DNA of 64,000 bases, taken from positions 1 through 64,000 of the forward strand of contig JBJTQJ010000002.1 of assembly GCA_046075565.1 (NCBI GenBank). The letters are read 5' to 3'. The notes beneath the pieces are model-generated. The model did not search any database. It worked only from the letters and a program-made list of their open reading frames with translations, and was not told where the DNA came from. The first letter of the stretch is position 1; the number at the start of each line of letters is the position of its first letter. The translations under genes were made by a program, and so were the position numbers. Shown here in pieces: positions 37,853 to 47,549 of the stretch. The DNA is from Verrucomicrobiales bacterium. Lineage in GTDB: Bacteria; Verrucomicrobiota; Verrucomicrobiia; Verrucomicrobiales; SLCJ01.

Positions 37853-40800
37853 CTAGAAGATCTCCGCAACCGTCCTCAAGTCCAGCGTGAAAGGATGTTC
37901 TTTTGCCGCCGGTTCCACAATCGGGTATACCCGCCCCGGAGTGTGGCCGATGCGGAAAAACCTCGCCTGCCTCCTCGATTCGGCTTCAAAGGCATTCACC
38001 GGAAAGCTGTCGTGGCTGCGTCCGCCGGGGTGGGCAACATGGTAAACGCAGCCGCCGAGCGAGCGGGTATTCCAGAGGTCAACCAAATCGAAGGTCAGCG
38101 GTGAGTGGACCCCGATGTTCGGATGGAGGCAGTGCGGTGGTTGCCAAGCACGGAAACGCACGCCCGCGACCGCCTCGCCGTTTTTTCCCGTGGGATGCAA
38201 GGGCAGGCGGCGGCCATTGCAGGTAATGACGTGGCGGGATTCGGTCAGGCCCCGCACTTTGACTTGCAGGCGTTCGAGGGAGCTGTCCACATGCCTTGCC
38301 GTGCCGCCACCGGTTGGTTCCTCGCCGAGCACATGCCATGGCTCCATGGCCACGCGCAATTCCACTTCGATACCCCGATGCTGGAAATCGCCAACGCGTG
38401 GATAGCGGAATTCGACATGGGGCGCGAACCAGGCGGGATCCATCGGGTATCCTCTTTCTGTTAGGTCTTCCAGCACATCCCCGAAATCCTCGGCGACAAA
38501 ATGCGGCAACAACCACCGGTCATGAATGTCGGTGCCCCAGCGCACGAGCGGTTGCGCGTAGGGTTCCTTCCAGAAGCGCGCGACCAGTGCCCGCAGCACG
38601 AGGTGTTGGGCCAGGCTCATGCGCGGATGCGGCGGCATCTCGAAGTTGCGCATCTCCAGCAATCCAAGCCGGCCTTGCGCCCCGACCGGACAATACAACT
38701 TGTCGATGCAGAACTCGGTGCGGTGGGTATTGCCGGTCGCATCGACGAGCAGGTTGCGGAAGGCGCGATCCACCAGCCAGGGAGTCGGTTGCAGATCGCG
38801 TTCCAGCGCCGCGAAGGCGACTTCGAGTTCGCGCAAAGCATCGTGCCTTGCTTCATCAACCCGCGGAGCCTGCGAAGTCGGACCCGTGAACAATCCGCTG
38901 AAGAGAAAACTCAGCGAAGGGTGGTTGTTCCAGTAGGTAAGGAGACTGCGCAACAGATCGGGGCGCCGAAGAATCGGACTATCCACGGGTGTCGGGCCGC
39001 CGATGATGATGTGGTTTCCGCCGCCCGTGCCGCTGTGGCGTCCGTCGAGCATGAATTTCTCCGTGCCCAAGCGGCAGAGTCGCGCTTCTTCGTAAAGTCC
39101 GGTGGTATTCTTGACCAGTTCATCCCAGTTCGCGGCGGGATGGAGATTGACTTCGAGGACTCCCGGATCGGGTGTCACTTTGATCACATTCAGGCGCGGA
39201 TCATAAGATGGAGGCGTGCCCTCGAGCCAGACAGGCAAGCCCGTGGCCGCCGCCGTGTCTTCGATGGCCGCCGCCAGATCAAGGAAGTCTTCCGTGGTTG
39301 CCAATGGCGGAAGGAAAACATGCAGCCTGCCTTCGCGCGGCTCGACGCAGAGCGCGGTTCGGATGATCCACGAGGCAGATTGCAAATGACCCGGCTGTTT
39401 CTCCCATGGAGCGGGAGTGCGTTTTGTCGGGTCACTGGTTGGCCCAAGTGGCGTGAGGCGACGTCGCTCACCTGCGCCTTGTTGTCCTTGTATGGTCTCG
39501 GAGGCCAGACCATCGCTCGGCCAAGCCCGGAAGTCGGTCATTCTTTGCGCGCTTGTTCCGGTCATCGCGGCTTTTCCCCGCGGTGGCAACGGCGGGCGCA
39601 CGAAGGTAGGATCGGCGGGCACAACCCACGGGTATTCGGAGGCCTCGACCCATGGGATCGAATCGAGTGGCAACCGATATCCCATCGGTGAATCTCCCGG
39701 AATCAGATACATGCGTTCATCGCGCAGAAACCACGGGCCACTGGTCCAGACCAGATCATCCCCGAGGAAATTCCGCTGCAATGGCAGGGCGTAACCAACC
39801 GGCTCGCCGAGGCCGCGTTCCATAACCCTGGCGATGCGAGCGCGTTCGAGTGGATCCTTCAGGTTTGATTCCAATGGATCGACATTCGAAGGCAGGCGCC
39901 GCTCTTTCCATAGATAGTAAAAGACATCTTCATATCCCGGTTGCAGCCACTTTGGATCCACGCCAAGTCTTTCGGCGAGGGCGCGCGAGAAGATGGCGGC
40001 CTCGGTCATGCCATGATGGAGCGGTTTATCCTCATCGGCGATGAGTGATTCATCCACCCAGATCGGCTCGCCGTCTTTCCTCCAGTAACATGCGAAGGCC
40101 CAACGGGGCAGGGGTTCTCCCGGATACCATTTGCCCTGGCCGTGGAAGAGAAGTCCGCCGGGAGCGAAGCGGCCGCGCAGCCGTTTGATCAACTCGCCCG
40201 AACGTTTGCGTTTTTCCGGTCCGATGGCTTCGGTATTCCATTCGGCGCCGTCCATGTCGTCCATGGAAACGAAAGTCGGCTCGCCGCCCATGGTCAGGCG
40301 CGTGTCCATTCCGTGCAAGTCTTCGTCGATACGGTGACCGAGCCGCTGGATGGCTTCCCATTGCTCGTCGGAGTATGGCAAAGTGACCCGCGGTGCCTCG
40401 TGCACGCGCGCCACGTTCATCAGGTGTTCCATTTCCGAATCGCACGGCTCAATGGCTCCGCTGATGGGTGCAGCTCCGGATGGCTCGGGCGTGCAAGCGA
40501 CGGGCAAATGGCCTTCTCCGGCGAGAAGACCGGAAGTGGGATCGAGCCCGACCCATCCCGCGCCGGGCAGATAAGCTTCCACCCAGGCGTGTAGATCCGT
40601 GAAGTCAGCCTCCGGTCCGGCCGGACCATCGAGTGGCTTTTCATCGGCCTTCAGTTGGATGAGATAACCGGAAACAAATCGAGCGGCCAGACCGAGTCGA
40701 CGGAGGAGATTGACGAGCAGCCATGCCGAATCGCGGCAGGAACCGCTTCCCAGTGTCAGGGTTTCTTCCGGCGACTGCACCCCGGGTTCCATACGGATGA

Positions 40801-41275
40801 GGTAAGCGACACGCTCGCGGATGGCGTTGTTGATGGCGACCAATACATCCACCGTGCGCCCGGTGATAGGACGGAATTCCTTCACCAGACCCTCGAACAT
40901 TTTCCCACTCACACTTGCTTGTAGATACGGATTCAGATCATGGGACGCTTCCGTGGAATAGGCGAAAGGATAGTTCTCGGCATCCGGTTCAAGGAAGAAG
41001 TCGAAGGGATTGATGACTGTCATCTCCGCGACCAGATCGACGGTCACACTGAGCGACTCGATTTTCTCCGGGAAGACCAGCCGGGCGAGATAATTCCCGT
41101 GGGGATCCTGCTGCCAGTTTAGAAAGTGCTCACCCGGCTCGACTTTCAGGCTGTAAGCGAGAACACGAGTGCGGCAATGGGCGGCCGGGCGCAAACGCAC
41201 GATGTGCGGAGCGTGGCCGATGGGTCGGGTGTAGCGGTAGCGGGTCCGGTGGTGCAGGGCGACATGAATCGACAT
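37853..41275 (-). CDS. Transglutaminase + DUF2126 (putative amidoligase) fusion
   Basis: [22 protein letters not shown]2126 [38 protein letters not shown] and [12 protein letters not shown]. Confidence 0.95.
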   Translation of the reverse strand: MSIHVALHHRTRYRYTRPIGHAPHIVRLRPAAHCRTRVLAYSLKVEPGEHFLNWQQDPHGNYLARLVFPEKIESLSVTVDLVAEMTVINPFDFFLEPDAENYPFAYSTEASHDLNPYLQASVSGKMFEGLVKEFRPITGRTVDVLVAINNAIRERVAYLIRMEPGVQSPEETLTLGSGSCRDSAWLLVNLLRRLGLAARFVSGYLIQLKADEKPLDGPAGPEADFTDLHAWVEAYLPGAGWVGLDPTSGLLAGEGHLPVACTPEPSGAAPISGAIEPCDSEMEHLMNVARVHEAPRVTLPYSDEQWEAIQRLGHRIDEDLHGMDTRLTMGGEPTFVSMDDMDGAEWNTEAIGPEKRKRSGELIKRLRGRFAPGGLLFHGQGKWYPGEPLPRWAFACYWRKDGEPIWVDESLIADEDKPLHHGMTEAAIFSRALAERLGVDPKWLQPGYEDVFYYLWKERRLPSNVDPLESNLKDPLERARIARVMERGLGEPVGYALPLQRNFLGDDLVWTSGPWFLRDERMYLIPGDSPMGYRLPLDSIPWVEASEYPWVVPADPTFVRPPLPPRGKAAMTGTSAQRMTDFRAWPSDGLASETIQGQQGAGERRRLTPLGPTSDPTKRTPAPWEKQPGHLQSASWIIRTALCVEPREGRLHVFLPPLATTEDFLDLAAAIEDTAAATGLPVWLEGTPPSYDPRLNVIKVTPDPGVLEVNLHPAANWDELVKNTTGLYEEARLCRLGTEKFMLDGRHSGTGGGNHIIIGGPTPVDSPILRRPDLLRSLLTYWNNHPSLSFLFSGLFTGPTSQAPRVDEARHDALRELEVAFAALERDLQPTPWLVDRAFRNLLVDATGNTHRTEFCIDKLYCPVGAQGRLGLLEMRNFEMPPHPRMSLAQHLVLRALVARFWKEPYAQPLVRWGTDIHDRWLLPHFVAEDFGDVLEDLTERGYPMDPAWFAPHVEFRYPRVGDFQHRGIEVELRVAMEPWHVLGEEPTGGGTARHVDSSLERLQVKVRGLTESRHVITCNGRRLPLHPTGKNGEAVAGVRFRAWQPPHCLHPNIGVHSPLTFDLVDLWNTRSLGGCVYHVAHPGGRSHDSFPVNAFEAESRRQARFFRIGHTPGRVYPIVEPAAKEHPFTLDLRTVAEIF

Positions 41276-41299
41276 GGGAATATGGGTTTTCCAAATAAA

Positions 41300-41315
41300 A
41301 GCAGGGCCTGTGCCA
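41300..41315 (-). promoter_or_regulatory. Sigma54 (-24/-12) promoter for the transglutaminase/ATP-grasp operon
   Basis: Minus strand TGGCACAGGCCCTGCT (GG-N10-GC), 25 nt upstream of ATG 41275. Confidence 0.65.
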
Positions 41316-41394
41316 GAGGGAGAACCCCACCTGATTTGCCCGGAGATCCACGAATTTGCTTGCCTTTTCCGGCCAAATCTTCTAATACGGCGCC

Positions 41395-42699
41395 ATGGTT
41401 CGACTCCCACCCATTCTGCCAGGCACGCTGGCCGCCGCCGCTCTTTTGCTTTCCGCCGCGCCGCTCCTTGCCCTCCCGAACAGTGTCTTCGGACCCGTGG
41501 CGGCGGTGGATAGTCCGCTCAACGGGGTCGAAATGACCGATGAGATCATCACCGCCATCGGGCGCGGGCAAATCGCGGCCTTACGCGGGGAATGGAAAGA
41601 CGAGGGTGCCATCGGGAACGCGACCATGGCCCACTTGCTTGCCCGTCCCAAGCTTTTCGGACGCGAGGTCGTGCTCGCGCGTTCCCTTCGCCGCGGCGAG
41701 CCGCTGGAATCGGTCGAGGCGACATTTGCCGATGCCGGTTCCTTTTTCGGATACCTGACCGAACGCCCTCCAGAAGGCCGTGAAGGCAAAGAGGCGCGCG
41801 AGGAATGGCAGGCGCGTTTACTCGTTCGCCAAACGGAATTTCAAACCCTCTATTCGGAAACCCTTGAGGCGGTGAAGTCGGCCATCGCTTCACGTTGTGG
41901 TGGCGAGGGAAAGACAATCCGTTTTGGGAGAAGCCGCGATCTGCGCGCCGAGCCGCTCGAATGGAGGCATGAGGGCGTGGTCATCCGTTTGTTCGCCGAT
42001 GGGCGCCGTCTTGTCCGTGTTCATCTCATCCGAGAGGGCGCCGAGCGCATCGGATGGCTCGACCCCAGCGTGCCCGATGATGAACGAGCCCGCCTCGCCG
42101 GCTTGGCCCAATCCGTCGAGAAGCTGGACGATGGAACCGTGCATCTACCCGATCTCCAGCCGATTCCGCAGGGTTTTCGTCCCTATTGTGGGCTCAACGC
42201 CCTCGCCATAAGTGCCCGGCATTTCGGTCTCCATGTCGATGAGGACTGGCTCGCTGTCGCCGGCAAGTTTGAGAACACGGGCAGCGCGGGCGGATCGGAT
42301 CTGCTCGGCCTCTACCAGGCGGTTGCCAACGAAGCCGGCCTCGGCCTCGACCGAGGCACCCGACTCGATGCCCAAGCAGTCAAACGCGCCATCGATGCCG
42401 GCTTCCCGGTTGTCGTCTGGCGGAGATTTTCCTACGACCGGGACAAACTCCACAATCGTTTTCTCGCCGAGTTCAATGAAGATGCCTCGGCAAAACTGCC
42501 CGACCCCACCACTCCCGGCGAACGCGCCACCTGGCCCGGCAAAGATGCGCCGCTCCACGCCTCCGTGATCACCGGTTACCATCAAGACCGTCGCGAGTTT
42601 CTCTTCCTCGAAAGCTGGACCGGTCGCGATGTTCCCCGCCGCATGCGGGCGGAAGAAATGATCGCCACCTGTTATCTCGCGTTTGTGTTTAAGCCGTAG
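41395..42699 (+). CDS. Secreted protein with C-terminal C39-like (papain-fold) peptidase domain
   Basis: Signal peptide; IPQG...YCG (Gln/Cys), HASVITGY (His) and FLESW. Confidence 0.65.
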   Translation: MVRLPPILPGTLAAAALLLSAAPLLALPNSVFGPVAAVDSPLNGVEMTDEIITAIGRGQIAALRGEWKDEGAIGNATMAHLLARPKLFGREVVLARSLRRGEPLESVEATFADAGSFFGYLTERPPEGREGKEAREEWQARLLVRQTEFQTLYSETLEAVKSAIASRCGGEGKTIRFGRSRDLRAEPLEWRHEGVVIRLFADGRRLVRVHLIREGAERIGWLDPSVPDDERARLAGLAQSVEKLDDGTVHLPDLQPIPQGFRPYCGLNALAISARHFGLHVDEDWLAVAGKFENTGSAGGSDLLGLYQAVANEAGLGLDRGTRLDAQAVKRAIDAGFPVVVWRRFSYDRDKLHNRFLAEFNEDASAKLPDPTTPGERATWPGKDAPLHASVITGYHQDRREFLFLESWTGRDVPRRMRAEEMIATCYLAFVFKP

Positions 42700-42751
42700 A
42701 GAGAACGAAAACGGAAGATTGAGCGGTGGAGTTGAACTCCGGATCCCGGGA

Positions 42752-43792
42752 TCAATTTTTTTGTCCTGCCTCTTTCCGTTTTGCCTCTTCTTCCGTTTGC
42801 GCCGTCTTGGCATCATCTGACTTCCATGGCGCGCTTTCGATCCAGCGCACGATGTCGGCCACGACCTGATCGCGTTCCGTGTCGTAAAAGAGCAGGTGGT
42901 GGCTCTTCTCGTAACGCTGGAGCCGCGCGTTGGGCAAACGCTTCGCGAACGCTTGCACATTTTCCATGCTCGCGAAAACGTCCTTTTCGGCATGGACAAT
43001 CAACACGGGTTGTTTGATACGAGTGGCCTGCGGCATCATCCGACCCACCATGAGGGATAGGGAATGGTAGAAACGAACGGTGAATTCCTTCACCGCCCAT
43101 GGTGTCACATCGAGTTGCTGGAGATGGTCGCTGGCTCCGGTCATCTGCCAGTCCTTGGCATCGGGGCCGGTCCAATCGGAAAGCGGGATTTTGCGCTCGG
43201 GTTTCCATAAGGCACCGAAACCGAGGAGCTGGCGTTGCCAGATCGCCACGCGTTCATCAAATGCCGGGATGGTCGAGGCGAGAACAAGCGCGTCCGGCGC
43301 GTGTGTTCCAGCGGGTGGACTCGACACCGCCCCGCAGGCGATGAGCGAACCCAGGCTCTCGGCCAGCCAAATCACCGGCAAATCCGGATACTTCGTGGTG
43401 GCCAATCGGTGGAAATCCCACACATCCTCGTGCCATTGTCTAACAGAGCGGATGTCACCCCTCCGTTCCTTTACGGGATCGTTGCCTTGACCGCGGAGTT
43501 CGCAGCCGAAAAAAGCGTAGCCGTTCTTTTGCAGGGCAAGGGCGGCGATTTGGTGATCGCAGGCGGCACCGCTCAGGCCATGCAGCCCGATTACGATGGC
43601 TTTGACCGGTTGTTTTTCGGGAATCCAGCTCTGGTAGGGGAAGCGTGTGCCATCGCGGGCTACCCAAACCTTTGCCTCGGGCTCCATGCGCACGGCCTGG
43701 CCTTGCAGTGGCGGGGAAAAAGCACACGCGGGCAGCATCAGGAGGGTTATGGCTCCCGTGAGGCGCCGGAAAACGGGGGAAATTCCGAGCAT
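42752..43792 (-). CDS. Alpha/beta hydrolase (lysophospholipase/MAG-lipase-like)
   Basis: LHGL, ELRGQG, AESLG nucleophile elbow, HAEKD and HLL. Confidence 0.88.
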   Translation of the reverse strand: MLGISPVFRRLTGAITLLMLPACAFSPPLQGQAVRMEPEAKVWVARDGTRFPYQSWIPEKQPVKAIVIGLHGLSGAACDHQIAALALQKNGYAFFGCELRGQGNDPVKERRGDIRSVRQWHEDVWDFHRLATTKYPDLPVIWLAESLGSLIACGAVSSPPAGTHAPDALVLASTIPAFDERVAIWQRQLLGFGALWKPERKIPLSDWTGPDAKDWQMTGASDHLQQLDVTPWAVKEFTVRFYHSLSLMVGRMMPQATRIKQPVLIVHAEKDVFASMENVQAFAKRLPNARLQRYEKSHHLLFYDTERDQVVADIVRWIESAPWKSDDAKTAQTEEEAKRKEAGQKN

Positions 43793-43905
43793 GTGACCAG
43801 ACTACCCCATTTCCGACCCTATGGCAAGAAAGGCTTGGGCAAGCTCGTAAACGTCCCCGGCAAGTTGATTTCCCCGCTGTTCGGGGCAAATTCCGAATCG
43901 TCATT

Positions 43906-44589
43906 ATGGAAGAAAACCGTCCTGTCCCAGATACCGATAAGGAGGCCGCCGCTACCGGCGGGCTGGGCGAGATGCTGCTGCAAATCGTGACGAACATTCC
44001 AACCCCGACCAGCCAACCGAGCGCGACACCACTCGCCGCCGCTGAATCCATCATCCGCGAGGCCGCATGGAAAGCCGCGGGCACTTCGGGGATGCTCGCC
44101 CTGCCGCCCGGTCCGCTCGGTTTGGCCACGATTCTTCCCGACCTCATGGCCATCTGGCGTATCCAGCAACAAATGGTCGCCGAGATTGCCCGCACCTTCG
44201 GAAAGGACGCTGTCCTCACCCGCGAGGTGATGGCGTATTGCCTCTTCAAACACGGAGCCGCGCTGCTTGTCCGCGACCTCGTGGTGCGAGCGGGCGAAAG
44301 ATACCTCATCCGGCCTGTCGCCCTCCGTGCCTTGGCCGGCGTGTTGCAAAAGGTGGGAGTGGCGACAACCCAGAAAGCCCTCGGGCGCATTGCCTCCCGG
44401 TGGGTCCCCGTGCTCGGTGCGCTCGCGGTGGCGGCTTACGCCCGTTGGGATACCCAGCAGGTAGGTCGAACCGCACTCGAAATGTTCTCCTCCAACCTTG
44501 AATTGCCTCCGGAGAATCCCGAAAATAATGTGGATGAGAACGTGGCGAAGTCAGAACCCATCTCCGGGTTGGATTCCAAGGAGGCCTGA
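43906..44589 (+). CDS. EcsC-like protein
   Basis: LALPPGPLGLATILPDL...QQQMVAEIA..FG and RWVPVLGA. Confidence 0.7.
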   Translation: MEENRPVPDTDKEAAATGGLGEMLLQIVTNIPTPTSQPSATPLAAAESIIREAAWKAAGTSGMLALPPGPLGLATILPDLMAIWRIQQQMVAEIARTFGKDAVLTREVMAYCLFKHGAALLVRDLVVRAGERYLIRPVALRALAGVLQKVGVATTQKALGRIASRWVPVLGALAVAAYARWDTQQVGRTALEMFSSNLELPPENPENNVDENVAKSEPISGLDSKEA

Positions 44590-44597
44590 ACCTCCTT

Positions 44598-45365
44598 TCA
44601 TCTCCACAACGACCTTGCTTCGCGTGCACGGGCAACCTGTCGGAGCACCAGTGGATTCGGAAGATTCGGGTGGTGGTGGTGCAAATGGAGATCCGCCCGT
44701 CCCAGCAAAGCTCCGGGGAACGGTCGTTTGATGGTGATGGCGTCCACCTCCGAGCGGGGGAGTTCCCGGGTCCGGTTAATGAATCCGGGCGTGCTCCATT
44801 GCAGTCGCCGTTCGTAAATGCTGTAGCGTGTGCCAGAACGCTTCCCGAGCAAGAGTGCGAGCGAGATGGAAGCCAGAGCGGCCAACACCAGAGATAAGGA
44901 TACCGGCCATGAGAAAAAGAATGATGCCACGGCAGCGGCGGCTAACAAGATAGTGATACCAACGCGGGGAAGGAAGGCGGTGTAACCCGGTTTGCTTTCC
45001 CACAAGGGCGAATCCTCCCAGCCCTCTTCGTCTTCGCTTTCATTCTCGTCTTCCTCAATCTCCTCATCCTCTTCGTCGTCCCCGGGGTCTTCATTCTCGG
45101 TTTCATCATCCGTTTCGTCCTCCAAGTCCCCATCGTCGTCCTGTTCCAACTCGGCATCTTCACCGGCAGCCTCATCTTCCTCCGGTTCCCATCCCTTGAA
45201 TAGGTGACCGGTCACGAGTTCCCCCGCAACGTAGGTGCCATCGAGTCCGGCGATGCGGCAGGGTTGGTCCGGGCCAATCATGCGCAAGTCGAGACGGTCG
45301 CGCACGTCCTCGATGGACATGGGACCCTCCTCTTTCCGTCCCGGGCGCAGGAGATAGACGCGCAT
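44598..45365 (-). CDS. Membrane protein: GYF_2-like N-terminus, acidic linker, 2 TM helices, bacterial PH-like C-terminus
   Basis: EEGPMS, about 60-aa D/E tract, LWESKP, two hydrophobic helices and TRYSI...RL...G. Confidence 0.65.
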   Translation of the reverse strand: MRVYLLRPGRKEEGPMSIEDVRDRLDLRMIGPDQPCRIAGLDGTYVAGELVTGHLFKGWEPEEDEAAGEDAELEQDDDGDLEDETDDETENEDPGDDEEDEEIEEDENESEDEEGWEDSPLWESKPGYTAFLPRVGITILLAAAAVASFFFSWPVSLSLVLAALASISLALLLGKRSGTRYSIYERRLQWSTPGFINRTRELPRSEVDAITIKRPFPGALLGRADLHLHHHHPNLPNPLVLRQVARAREARSLWR

Positions 45366-45567
45366 GATATTCGGCCACGATTCCACGGATGGGCCGGAGA
45401 ATCCAGTGCGGATTCGCCCGTTTTCGAACCAAAACCCGGAGATGGGAGTGGAACAGCGAGTGATTCGTCCGGCCCAGCACCGCCGGCTGAAGTTTCCTGC
45501 AAGATGGGAGAACGCACAGCGTTTAGAAGCGCATCCGCCCGGCTACGGCGGAAAGCTCATTCAACTG

Positions 45568-46572
45568 ATGCAAGAAGAAACTGATGACATACAGGCCGTG
45601 CAGAAGCTCGGCGAAGCCCGGGACGCGATTGTAAAGGAATTGCGGAAGACCATTGTCGGGATGGAGGATGTCATCGATGAGATGATGATCGCCATTTTCG
45701 CGCGCGGCCACTGCCTGCTGGTGGGGGTTCCGGGACTAGCCAAGACCTTGTTGGTTAGCTCGCTGGCGAAAACGATGGCTCTGGGCTTCAAACGAATCCA
45801 GTTCACCCCCGACTTGATGCCGTCCGACATCACGGGCACCGAGTTGTTGCAGGAAGACCCGGAGACCCACCGGCGCAGCTTCAAGTTCCAGAAGGGTCCG
45901 GTCTTCACCAACCTATTGCTGGCCGACGAAATCAACCGCACCCCGCCGAAGACGCAGGCCGCTCTGCTCGAAGCAATGCAGGAAAAGCGGGTTTCCTCCG
46001 GTGGCGAGGACTACAAACTCGACGCGCCATTCTTCGTGCTCGCGACCCAGAACCCGATTGAACAGGAGGGGACCTATCCCTTGCCCGAAGCCCAGCTCGA
46101 CCGTTTCCTCTTCAATATTCTGGTCAAGTACCCGAGCCAAGCGGAGGAACTCGACATCATGCGCAGCGTGACCACCGATGATGAGCCGGTCACGAACCAG
46201 GTCGTGGACGGGCCAACCATCCTCGAATTCCAGCGTGTGGTGCGGCGGATCCCTGTGGCGGATCCGGTTTTCCAATATGCCGCCGCCCTCGTTCGCGCGA
46301 CGCGGCCCGGACAACCCAACACGCCGGATTTCGTGAACAAACTCATGTCGTGGGGCGCCGGCCCGCGGGCCTCGCTGAACCTGATTGTCGCGGGCAAGGC
46401 GCGCGCCGCCCTGCGCGGGCGCTGCCATGTCTCGATCGAGGATATCCAGGCGCTCTGCCTCCCAATCCTGCGCCACCGGATCATTCCGAATTTCGCGGCC
46501 CGCTCCGAAGGCATGACCTCGGACACCCTCATCGCGAAACTCCTCGAAACGATCCCCGCCGACGGCAAATGA
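45568..46572 (+). CDS. moxR: MoxR-family AAA+ ATPase
   Basis: GVPGLAKT, RIQFTPDLMPSDITG, DEINRTPPKTQAALLEAMQE and ATQNPIEQEGTYPLPEAQLDRF. Confidence 0.97.
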   Translation: MQEETDDIQAVQKLGEARDAIVKELRKTIVGMEDVIDEMMIAIFARGHCLLVGVPGLAKTLLVSSLAKTMALGFKRIQFTPDLMPSDITGTELLQEDPETHRRSFKFQKGPVFTNLLLADEINRTPPKTQAALLEAMQEKRVSSGGEDYKLDAPFFVLATQNPIEQEGTYPLPEAQLDRFLFNILVKYPSQAEELDIMRSVTTDDEPVTNQVVDGPTILEFQRVVRRIPVADPVFQYAAALVRATRPGQPNTPDFVNKLMSWGAGPRASLNLIVAGKARAALRGRCHVSIEDIQALCLPILRHRIIPNFAARSEGMTSDTLIAKLLETIPADGK

Positions 46573-46622
46573 ACCCGCCGGTTTGATTCAGACCGCCCTC
46601 GTGGTTCCCCGCTCCGCGCGTC

Positions 46623-47549
46623 ATGTCCATCCACCTTCCAGATACGCGTTATCTCGATCCCGAGGTCTTGCAGAAGATCGGTGATCTGGAAATGATCGCC
46701 CGCGAGGTCGTGGAAGGCTTGCGGGTGGGCAGCCACCGCAGTCCGTTGCGCGGATTCAGCACGGAGTTCGCCCACCACCGTCAATACTCGCCGGGCGACC
46801 CAATACGTTCCATCGACTGGCGGGTCTTCGGGCGCACGGAACGATATTTCACCAAACTCTACGAGGCGGAGACGAACTACGATTGCCATATCCTCATGGA
46901 TTCGAGCGCGTCGATGCTCTATTCGTCGGGCAAGGTCTCGAAACTGGAATACGCGAAGTTTCTCGCAGCATCCATCGCCTACATGGTGTTGAAGCAGCGG
47001 GATTCGGTCGGCCTCTCGGTCTTCGATTCCGAGGTGCGGGCCTACATGCCGCCGCGTTCCTCGATGAGCGTCATCCTGGAAATCGATCGCATGCTGAGGG
47101 TGACAAAGCCGATTCCGAAAACCACGGTGGCCAAACAACTGCATGATATCGCGCTGTTGTTGCGGCGGCGATCCTTCGTGGTCGTGATCTCGGATTTGTT
47201 CGCGGAGGTGGACGATATCATGTCGGGTCTGGACCACCTGAAATTCGACGGCCACAATGTCGTCGTCATCCAGCCGCTCGATCCGCATGAACTGGAGTTT
47301 CCCTTCAAAGGAATCTGGCGGTTTGAAGGGCTGGAAGGCGAGGAGCCGGTCACGACTGAAGCGGAGCGGATGAAGGAATCGTATCTCGGGGGCCTCAATG
47401 ATTTCCTCGGCAATCTGAATTCCCGCTGCGTCGGCAGCCATATCGACTATTGCCTGGCCGACACGCGGCGTCCGCTCGATGCCGTCTTGAGCGAGATGGT
47501 GATGAAACGCCAAACCCCCGGCGGCCAGACGGCCGCGCCCCGCGCATGA
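46623..47549 (+). CDS. DUF58 (vWA-like) protein
   Basis: GSHRSP..GFSTEFAHHRQYSPGD..RSIDW, DSSASM and ISD. Confidence 0.95.
   Translation: MSIHLPDTRYLDPEVLQKIGDLEMIAREVVEGLRVGSHRSPLRGFSTEFAHHRQYSPGDPIRSIDWRVFGRTERYFTKLYEAETNYDCHILMDSSASMLYSSGKVSKLEYAKFLAASIAYMVLKQRDSVGLSVFDSEVRAYMPPRSSMSVILEIDRMLRVTKPIPKTTVAKQLHDIALLLRRRSFVVVISDLFAEVDDIMSGLDHLKFDGHNVVVIQPLDPHELEFPFKGIWRFEGLEGEEPVTTEAERMKESYLGGLNDFLGNLNSRCVGSHIDYCLADTRRPLDAVLSEMVMKRQTPGGQTAAPRA

Noticed and set aside
43355..43375. AESLG instead of GxSxG in the hydrolase
   Set aside because: Ala at the first position is a known tolerated variant, and Ser/Asp/His appear intact.
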